Shown here in pieces: positions 1 to 4,760 of a stretch of 5,690 nucleotides of DNA. How positions within the stretch are numbered: the first letter of the stretch is position 1; each line of letters starts with the position of its first letter. The notes under the pieces were generated by a model. That model made no database searches and had not been told where the DNA came from. It saw nothing but the letters and a program-made list of their open reading frames with translations. Made by a program: the position numbers and the translations under genes. The stretch covers positions 1 through 5,690 of IMG/VR virus record IMGVR_UViG_3300045988_010267, one strand, 5' to 3'. This DNA is from a virus.

Positions 1-95
1 ACTGGCGCAAACTGGAAGCAGAGAACCCCGAAAAAGCATGGAGAATCAAGAAATACAGACAAGAAAAAGCCATTGCTTCCCTAATTGAAAAAAAC
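1..95. repeat. Terminal redundancy (left copy), identical to 5596-5690. It marks a circular genome opened at an arbitrary point.
   Basis: Base-by-base comparison shows 95/95 identity. The repeat lies inside a continuous reading frame. Confidence 0.95.
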
Positions 96-185
96 GCGGA
101 AACTGACAAATCATACGCGGAACAGTTGAAGGACAAAGAAACGGCCATGGCTAAAAAGATGAGCAAGGCAAAAGGAGTATTTTGA
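1..185 (+). CDS. VP4: 3' end of the replication initiator VP4 (wrap-around continuation of the CDS that starts at 4761; 5'-partial in this copy)
   Basis: Bases 1-95 duplicate 5596-5690. Keeping the 4761 frame, codons continue from 96 (A E T D K S Y A E Q L K D K E T A M A K K M S K A K G V F) to TGA at 183-185. This gives a 339-aa Rep on the circular molecule. Confidence 0.9.
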   Translation, partial: WRKLEAENPEKAWRIKKYRQEKAIASLIEKNAETDKSYAEQLKDKETAMAKKMSKAKGVF

Positions 186-196
186 CACTTTGGTGT

Positions 197-245
197 CACT
201 CAGCCAAGTAACTATCAAGTAAGCTACTTGGCTGAGTGTTTTATT
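197..245 (+). terminator. Rho-independent terminator downstream of VP4
   Basis: There is a perfect 14-bp inverted repeat, CACTCAGCCAAGTA (197-210) and TACTTGGCTGAGTG (225-238), with a 14-nt loop. It is followed immediately by TTTTATTGATTT and starts 12 nt after the VP4 stop. Confidence 0.8.
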
Positions 246-255
246 GATTTGTTAA

Positions 256-297
256 ATGCACACGCACGCGCACGTAATCGCGCACGCGCACGTGCAT
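256..297. repeat. CpG-rich alternating purine-pyrimidine tract containing a 12-bp direct repeat and bounded by a short inverted repeat
   Basis: GCACGCGCACGT occurs at 264-275 and 282-293, spaced 18 bp apart. ATGCAC (256-261) and GTGCAT (292-297) form the outer inverted repeat. A CACGTG palindrome lies at 289-294. The tract is embedded in AT-rich noncoding DNA. Confidence 0.85.
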
Positions 298-346
298 TAT
301 ATTATTATTTTTATTATTAACTTGTTGTAGTCGTAGTAGTAGGGAG
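298..346. other. AT-rich tract (possible DNA-unwinding element) with a short TAG/TAGT repeat
   Basis: The sequence ATTATATTATTATTTTTATTATTAACTTGTTGTAGTCGTAGTAGTAG lies between the CG-rich repeat and the iteron array and has no coding potential. Confidence 0.5.
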
Positions 347-521
347 TGTTGAAATGTTGAATACTATGAATTTTTATCCTTGGAACGATATTTTTTGGCT
401 AATTTTAATGTTGATACTTTTGTGGATAACTTGTTGAAATGTTGAAAGTGTAGCAATATGCACAAAAACCTTTGTGCAACATTTTGTGGAAAACCTGTTG
501 AAAGTGTTGAAAGTGTTGAAA
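347..521 (+). repeat. Iteron array of eight same-orientation copies of TGTTGAAA, six of them exact
   Basis: Exact TGTTGAAA lies at 347-354, 432-439, 440-447, 496-503, 505-512 and 514-521. Variants are TGTTGAAT (355-362) and TGTTGATA (409-416). A longer composite unit, TTTTGTGGAWAACYTGTTGAAA(G)TGTTGAAAGTG, occurs twice (418-450 and 482-515). Confidence 0.9.
459..478. promoter_or_regulatory. Hairpin centred between the two composite iteron units; candidate origin stem-loop
   Basis: TGCACAAA (459-466) and TTTGTGCA (471-478) form a perfect 8-bp inverted repeat with the 4-nt loop AACC. Confidence 0.6.
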
Positions 522-563
522 AAGCAAATAAAGGCCGTCCGGCGAGCGAAACCGGAAAGTCAC

Positions 564-603
564 GTCATGCTCTTCGCACGGCGCACCGCGCCTACCGCAT
601 GAC
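564..603. promoter_or_regulatory. GC-rich nested hairpin element just upstream of the promoter
   Basis: The outer inverted repeat is GTCATGC (564-570) and GCATGAC (597-603). The inner stem is GGCGC (580-584) and GCGCC (588-592) with a 3-nt loop. A further small stem, TCCGG (538-542) and CCGGA (552-556), lies just upstream. Confidence 0.55.
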
Positions 604-605
604 CT

Positions 606-659
606 AAAATAAAAAGTTTCAAAAAACCTCTTGACAAATAGACAATTATATGGTATAAT
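606..659 (+). promoter_or_regulatory. Consensus sigma70/sigmaA-type promoter with an extended -10 and an A-rich UP-like element
   Basis: The -35 is TTGACA (631-636). A 17-nt spacer follows, then TGg + TATAAT (651-659). Upstream lies AAAATAAAAAGTTTCAAAAAACC (606-628). The promoter is followed by AGGAGG and an ATG. Confidence 0.85.
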
Positions 660-683
660 GCAAATAGTAAAGGAGGTATAAAG

Positions 684-863
684 ATGAAAACCATCAATCA
701 TCTGAGCATCAAGGCTATGACGGAGCTAGAAGAAGTTGGCTCCTACGATACCAAAAAATACAGATACGTCATTAACCGGCAAAACGGCGAATGCTACCGC
801 ATCAACAAAGAGCTATTAGGGACAACGGAAGCACTCGACCCGGAAAATTGGATAGAACAGTAA
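684..863 (+). CDS. Hypothetical 59-aa protein, the first gene after the promoter (below the ORF-track threshold)
   Basis: AGGAGG at 671-676 lies 7 nt before ATG 684. Manual translation gives MKTINHLSIKAMTELEEVGSYDTKKYRYVINRQNGECYRINKELLGTTEALDPENWIEQ, with TAA at 861-863. No family was recognised. Confidence 0.6.
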   Translation: MKTINHLSIKAMTELEEVGSYDTKKYRYVINRQNGECYRINKELLGTTEALDPENWIEQ

Positions 864-934
864 CAAGGTTGAACGGCACAGAAGTGCTTTTTTACAAAAC
901 CATTTATACAAATAATTTTTAGGAGGTATTTGCT

Positions 935-1042
935 CTGACTCTCAAGGAAATTAACGCGCTGTTCAACAACATCCGCAAAATCTTAGCCATGTTGGATAAG
1001 ATTTACCACGCAGTAGAGGGCAACAACAAGCCCGAGGAGTAG
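935..1042 (+). CDS. Possible 35-aa ORF with a non-canonical CTG start
   Basis: AGGAGGTAT (921-929) duplicates the RBS context of the 59-aa gene, but the only start-like codon at proper spacing (8 nt) is CTG 935. The frame reads (M/L)TLKEINALFNNIRKILAMLDKIYHAVEGNNKPEE, with TAG at 1040-1042, 5 nt before the next gene's GTG. The only in-frame ATG (989) would give 17 aa. Confidence 0.3.
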   Translation: MTLKEINALFNNIRKILAMLDKIYHAVEGNNKPEE

Positions 1043-1047
1043 CCAAA

Positions 1048-1284
1048 GTGAAAACGTGGAACGTACGAGACCAGACCGATACGACGCTAGCGACGACGCT
1101 CGCAAGAACTTACAAGGAGATCGAGGCGACATACAAGCATGTAAGAAAAGCCGCCACGATAGAAGACGCAAAATTTTATATCGATATGGCATTTCGCAAA
1201 AAAGCTTTTGCAAATGACATTGAGATGGAACAAATCCGTAGGAGTATCAACAATGGCGAAGAGGACCAAAGTCCGCAAATCTAA
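1048..1284 (+). CDS. Hypothetical 78-aa protein (GTG start)
   Basis: This is an ORF-track entry. GAGGAG at 1034-1039 lies 8 nt upstream of GTG 1048. It is on the same strand as all other genes and no family was recognised. Confidence 0.55.
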   Translation: MKTWNVRDQTDTTLATTLARTYKEIEATYKHVRKAATIEDAKFYIDMAFRKKAFANDIEMEQIRRSINNGEEDQSPQI

Positions 1285-1372
1285 AGACGCAAAAATCTAC
1301 AACAAGACCGCAAAGAAAACCAAGGCTATCAACTTGGGAAGCGGCGCAATGCGAGGGGGCATCCGGCTGTGA
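1253..1372 (+). CDS. Small, highly basic DNA-binding/packaging protein (phiX174 J-like, gokushovirus ORF8-like), 39 aa
   Basis: AGGAG at 1240-1244 lies 8 nt before ATG 1253. The translation is MAKRTKVRKSKDAKIYNKTAKKTKAINLGSGAMRGGIRL, with 13 K/R and 1 acidic residue. The MRGGIRL-type C-terminus is as I recall for microvirus J/ORF8-like proteins. TGA lies at 1370-1372. It overlaps the 3' end of the 78-aa ORF by 32 nt. Confidence 0.7.
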   Translation: MAKRTKVRKSKDAKIYNKTAKKTKAINLGSGAMRGGIRL

Positions 1373-1497
1373 ACATCGTCATATGGGCAGGAGTCATCGC
1401 AAGTCTCATCGCAATATGCAGCGCAAGTTTCGCGCTCATCGCAATGGGCATCGACATAGTCAAAAACTGGAGCAAAAACTGGAGGAACGAGGAATGA
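1369..1497 (+). CDS. 42-aa single-pass membrane protein (candidate lysis or membrane-active protein), not in the ORF track
   Basis: GTG 1369 overlaps the upstream stop as GTGA. GAGGGGG (1353-1359) lies 9 nt upstream. The translation is (M)NIVIWAGVIASLIAICSASFALIAMGIDIVKNWSKNWRNEE, a hydrophobic stretch of about 27 residues plus a charged tail. Its stop TGA (1495-1497) overlaps the VP5-like ATG (1494-1496) as ATGA. Confidence 0.55.
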   Translation: MNIVIWAGVIASLIAICSASFALIAMGIDIVKNWSKNWRNEE

Positions 1498-1736
1498 ATA
1501 CCAATGTATATGGCATCTATGACAACTGCGTAATGGGCTACATCACCATCTTTACCGAGAGAGACGACAAAGTAGCCGAGCGCAATTTTAAAATTGCGCT
1601 GATGGACGAAAACAACATCATGAGCAAAACGCCGAGCGATTACCGACTCGTGAGACTCGCAAAGTTCGACGAAAAGAACGGTACTTTCGAAGAAGCAAAG
1701 GAGAACATTTACGATGGCATTTCGCTCCGTGAGTAA
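1494..1736 (+). CDS. VP5: VP5-like small nonstructural protein (80 aa)
   Basis: GGAGG at 1481-1485 lies 8 nt before ATG 1494. The sequence MNTNVYGIYDNCVMGYITIFTERDDKVAERNFKIALMDENNIMSKTPSDYRLVRLAKFDEKNGTF... fits the gokushovirus VP5 pattern (hYxIYD...A.RxF...P.DY.L..L..FD...G). The ORF-track start at 1383 has no SD. Confidence 0.7.
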   Translation: MNTNVYGIYDNCVMGYITIFTERDDKVAERNFKIALMDENNIMSKTPSDYRLVRLAKFDEKNGTFEEAKENIYDGISLRE

Positions 1737-2208
1737 TTTCCGCGAGACGGCGGAGGCATGGCCAACTGAGGCCGGCGAAAGCGTAAGACGCACATACCTT
1801 TGGGAACTCAACGAAAAAGGTGAAAAAGTGCTGAAACTCGACCAAATCATCGACCAGCAAGCCGAAATCGACTCCTACCTAGAAGAAACCAAAATAGAAA
1901 ACATCATCCGACGGGCAAGCATCGACCCGAACATCGCGGCACGAATCGCACCGGACATCGGCGGCGGAATCCAAGATTATACCGAAATGCCGAAAACGCT
2001 AGCCGAGCTCCAAAACATCATAATTCGAGCGGAACAGATTTGGGGCGAGGTGCCAAGAGAAATCAAGCTCAAATTTGACAACGATGTCGATAAATTTATT
2101 GCATCATTTGGCACAGTCGAATGGGCTAAAAATCTGGGCATCTACAAAGAAGAACAGGCCGACGGCAAAGTGACCGAAGCAACAGAAGTAACGGAGACCA
2201 AACAGTGA
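1714..2208 (+). CDS. VP3: Internal scaffolding protein VP3 (164 aa)
   Basis: AAGGAG at 1698-1703 lies 10 nt upstream of ATG 1714. The segment DYTEMPKTLAELQNIIIRAEQIWGEVPREIKLKFDNDVDKFIASF matches the conserved VP3 core (DY..MP.tl.ea.n....A...F..lP..iR..F.NDp..F). It has an acidic C-terminus, sits immediately upstream of VP1, and its stop overlaps the VP1 GTG (GTGA). Confidence 0.8.
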   Translation: MAFRSVSNFRETAEAWPTEAGESVRRTYLWELNEKGEKVLKLDQIIDQQAEIDSYLEETKIENIIRRASIDPNIAARIAPDIGGGIQDYTEMPKTLAELQNIIIRAEQIWGEVPREIKLKFDNDVDKFIASFGTVEWAKNLGIYKEEQADGKVTEATEVTETKQ

Positions 2209-3872
2209 ACAGAAACAAAGACGCAGGATTTAACCAAGTCCCAAGGCTGGACATCACAAGAAGCCGCTTTAAAAGACGACAAAACGTCAAGTTAACACTT
2301 AACGCAGGAAAGCTTATCCCATTTTACGTTGATGAGGTGTTACCGGGTGACACCTTCTCAATCGACCAAGCAGCGATCATCCGCATGACAACGCCCATCT
2401 TTCCGGTTATGGACAACTGCTACATGGACATCTATTATTTTTTCACTCCTAACCGAATTCTGTGGAAAAATTGGAAGCGATTTATGGGCGAGAACGACAC
2501 CGGACCGTGGGCACAAACACAAGAATATACAATTCCACAAATCAAGATCTATAAAGACAGCCGCAATGCTGTGCCGCTGGAAGGAAGCCTCATGGACTAC
2601 ATGGGGATACCGACAAAAGTATGCAAGGACGAAAATACAGAATTCGAAGTAAACGCACTGCCATTCAGGGCATACACAATGATATGGCAAGAGTGGTTCA
2701 GAGATCAAAACGTAGACAACCCGGCGATCAACTCTGTAGATGATGCAACAGTAAGCTACGCAGACGTCAACGACGATTCAAAAGTAGAAGACATGCTTAA
2801 AGAAGCATATCGAGGCGGCAGACCGTTGCCTGTTAACAAATTCCACGACTACTTCACCAGCGCATTGCCGAGTCCGCAGAAAGCGGGAGAACCGGTAACA
2901 ATTCCACTGGCTGGAAAAGTGCCGGTATATGGATATGAGTACAACAGCGACAAAAAGGTACCGGAAAAGTTAAGTTTAATCACAAGAAACGGGCAAAACT
3001 CAACCATCGAAAACGGTGAAGATACGCCGCTGCAGATAAATGCCTACGAAATAGACGCTGATGGCCAATACTACTACAAAAGCATGGACTTGTACACAGA
3101 CATGAGCAAAGTAAGCAGTACAACCATCAACCAGCTCCGCCAGGCATTCCAAGTTCAAAAGTACTACGAACAACTCGCACGCGGCGGAAGCAGATACCGA
3201 GAGATGATTTATTCGCTGTTTCATACAAAAATCAGCGATAAAACAGTGCAAATCCCGGAGTATCTTGGTGGTACGCGTATCACCATCAACATGAGCCAGG
3301 TCATCCAGACCAGCGGAACAACTCCTGAGAGCCCGCAGGGTAACACCGCAGCCGTGAGCGTTACGCCGTACAATGGGAGCATGTTTACGAAGAGCTTCGA
3401 GGAACACGGCTATGTAATCGGCGTATGCTGCATCCGGCATGATCATACTTACCAGCAGGGCCTCGAACGGATGTGGAGTCGTAAAACCAATCTGGATTTT
3501 TACTACCCTGTCTTTGCAAACCTGGGAGAGCAAGCAATCCTCAAAAAGGAAATCTATCTGACTGGTACGGAAACCGACAATCAGGCATTCGGCTATCAGG
3601 AAGCATGGGCAGAATACCGAATGAAACCAAACCGAATCTGTGGCAAATTCCGTAGCAACGCAACAGGAACGCTGGATAGTTGGCACTACGGCGACAACTA
3701 CAAAGCAGTGCCAAGCCTAAGTCAGGCATGGATGAAAGAAGGAGACACCGAAATTCAGAGAACCCTCGCGGTGGACAACGAACCACAATTTATCATGGAT
3801 ACTGTCATCGATAACACAAGCGTAAGACCCATGCCTATGTACAGCATTCCGGGTCTCGTAGATCACCACTAA
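2205..3872 (+). CDS. VP1: Major capsid protein VP1 (F-protein family), 555 aa
   Basis: Hallmark Microviridae capsid motifs are present: RSRFKR...N.GKLIPFYVDEVLPGDTF, FFTPNRILW.NW..F, TINQLRQAFQVQKYYEQLARGGSRY.E and PEYLGG. Its size and position are typical of Gokushovirinae. It has a GTG start with GGAG 8 nt upstream. Confidence 0.97.
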   Translation: MNRNKDAGFNQVPRLDITRSRFKRRQNVKLTLNAGKLIPFYVDEVLPGDTFSIDQAAIIRMTTPIFPVMDNCYMDIYYFFTPNRILWKNWKRFMGENDTGPWAQTQEYTIPQIKIYKDSRNAVPLEGSLMDYMGIPTKVCKDENTEFEVNALPFRAYTMIWQEWFRDQNVDNPAINSVDDATVSYADVNDDSKVEDMLKEAYRGGRPLPVNKFHDYFTSALPSPQKAGEPVTIPLAGKVPVYGYEYNSDKKVPEKLSLITRNGQNSTIENGEDTPLQINAYEIDADGQYYYKSMDLYTDMSKVSSTTINQLRQAFQVQKYYEQLARGGSRYREMIYSLFHTKISDKTVQIPEYLGGTRITINMSQVIQTSGTTPESPQGNTAAVSVTPYNGSMFTKSFEEHGYVIGVCCIRHDHTYQQGLERMWSRKTNLDFYYPVFANLGEQAILKKEIYLTGTETDNQAFGYQEAWAEYRMKPNRICGKFRSNATGTLDSWHYGDNYKAVPSLSQAWMKEGDTEIQRTLAVDNEPQFIMDTVIDNTSVRPMPMYSIPGLVDHH

Positions 3873-3882
3873 GGAAAGGGGG

Positions 3883-3917
3883 ATAGACCCGGGTCAAAAC
3901 CCCGGGTCTATTTATTT
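3883..3917 (+). terminator. Strong hairpin plus T-rich tail between VP1 and VP2; probable partial terminator, attenuator or mRNA stabiliser
   Basis: There is a perfect 11-bp inverted repeat, ATAGACCCGGG (3883-3893) and CCCGGGTCTAT (3901-3911), with the 7-nt loop TCAAAAC. It is followed by TTATTT and then the VP2 ATG at 3918. Confidence 0.65.
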
Positions 3918-4760
3918 ATGTTTGCAGGAATTGGAAAGATATTACTAGGAATCGGAAAACAACTACTGCCGTCAATAGCAGGCTGGGGTTTAAATAAACT
4001 GCTTGGAGGCAGCCTAAGCGAAAGCATCGGAGGTAGCCAACAGCACAACCAAAGCACAAGCGCAGGCGGCGGCACAAGCACCAGTGAAAGCGGCGTAAAC
4101 AGAGAGCAAAATCTACAGGACTGGAATAGTATGCTTGGAGCAATCCAAGCAAATATGCAAAGTCAGCAAAAGTTTAACCGAAAAAGCGTGTTCGAGCAAA
4201 TGGGATATAACACCATGTCGGCGATCATGCAAGGAGTGTATAACCAGATAAGCAACAACGCGGCGATGAACTACAACAGCGCAGAGGCCGCAAAAAACAG
4301 AGCTTGGCAAGAGCAAATGAGTAACACAGCCTATCAAAGAGCCGTAGCCGACATGAGAAAAGCAGGAATCAATCCTATTTTAGCATACCAGCAAGGCGGA
4401 GCAAGTACACCGGGTGGAGCACAAGGCACTATTAGCGGAGCAAGTATGGGACTTGCAAGCAGTAGCGCAGCAAGCGCGAGTGCTCTAGGTGTAAGCCAAA
4501 ACCATAACAACACATGGAGCAAAAGCGAAAGCAACTGGTACAACGCGGCGCAAGCGGTCGGAGACGCGACAAGTTGGCAACACACAAGCGCAGACAAAGC
4601 GTTTAACGAATTCAAGAACGTCTTTAATAGCCTCAGCAGTCTAAATACTGGCACAGGCGGGGCGGGAAGAAAACCGACCAAAGACGAACTCGAATACAAA
4701 CCGGGAAGAGATTTCATAGGAAGCAAAAACGTCGAATTTTGGAAAGGAAAACTTAAATAA
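3918..4760 (+). CDS. VP2: DNA pilot / minor capsid protein VP2 (280 aa)
   Basis: The conserved VP2 core [24 protein letters not shown] is present. It also has a hydrophobic/amphipathic N-terminus and low-complexity regions rich in G, S, Q and N. Its position directly after VP1 is typical. Confidence 0.9.
   Translation: MFAGIGKILLGIGKQLLPSIAGWGLNKLLGGSLSESIGGSQQHNQSTSAGGGTSTSESGVNREQNLQDWNSMLGAIQANMQSQQKFNRKSVFEQMGYNTMSAIMQGVYNQISNNAAMNYNSAEAAKNRAWQEQMSNTAYQRAVADMRKAGINPILAYQQGGASTPGGAQGTISGASMGLASSSAASASALGVSQNHNNTWSKSESNWYNAAQAVGDATSWQHTSADKAFNEFKNVFNSLSSLNTGTGGAGRKPTKDELEYKPGRDFIGSKNVEFWKGKLK

Noticed and set aside
1-95. Terminal direct repeats as a biological DTR/LTR or transposon end
   Set aside because: The repeat interrupts a single continuous Rep reading frame. 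This is what is expected when a circular assembly is written linearly with overlap.
230-257. Possible XerCD dif-like site (TTTGTTAAAT resembles the XerD arm TTATGTTAAAT of E. coli dif), which would imply a lysogenic gokushovirus
   Set aside because: Only the XerD-arm half matches. The 28-nt alignment to dif has no XerC arm or central region match, so the evidence for an integration site is insufficient.
406-417. The 12-mer TAATGTTGATAC, shared between the iteron region and VP4 coding sequence (4900-4911)
   Set aside because: One chance 12-mer match is roughly what is expected within a 5.6-kb sequence compared with itself.
354-437. 27-aa hydrophobic micro-ORF (MLNTMNFYPWNDIFWLILMLILLWITC) with GGGAG 7 nt upstream
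   Set aside because: It lies downstream of a strong terminator and upstream of the only promoter, and it is built largely from iteron sequence. It could be revisited if transcription through 300-450 is observed.
347-521. Repeat array as a CRISPR locus
   Set aside because: The units are only 8 bp, adjacent or 1 nt apart, with no spacer-like unique inserts of 25-40 bp. The architecture is iteron-like, not CRISPR-like.
405-701. 98-aa minus-strand ORF spanning the noncoding region
   Set aside because: It runs antisense through the consensus promoter, the RBS and start of the 59-aa gene, and the iteron array. Its FQHFQHFQQ segment is simply the iterons translated. It has no SD and lies on the opposite strand to every real gene in a family with unidirectional transcription.
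876-893. GCAC-AGAA-GTGC followed by TTTTTT after the 59-aa ORF as a terminator
   Set aside because: The stem is only 4 bp and too weak to call. At most it is a minor pause or attenuation site.
1383-1493. His/Arg-rich N-terminal extension (MGRSHRKSHRNMQRKFRAHRNGHRHSQKLEQKLEERG) of the VP5-like ORF as given by the ORF track
   Set aside because: ATG 1383 has no Shine-Dalgarno, whereas ATG 1494 has GGAGG at ideal spacing and begins the conserved VP5 core. The same DNA encodes a better-supported TM ORF in another frame. Dual coding cannot be fully excluded.
1329-1850. 173-aa minus-strand ORF (and the overlapping 1618..1860 and 1087..1278 minus ORFs)
   Set aside because: It is antisense to the J-like, TM, VP5 and VP3 genes. 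It has a low-complexity sequence with no motif, and no promoter or RBS was seen. Long antisense frames are common opposite real genes.
3000-3686. 228-aa minus-strand ORF inside VP1 (also 2358..2708 and 3541..3786)
   Set aside because: It lies entirely antisense to the highly conserved capsid gene. No family was recognised, and it is Cys-rich and compositionally odd. I treat it as a shadow ORF.
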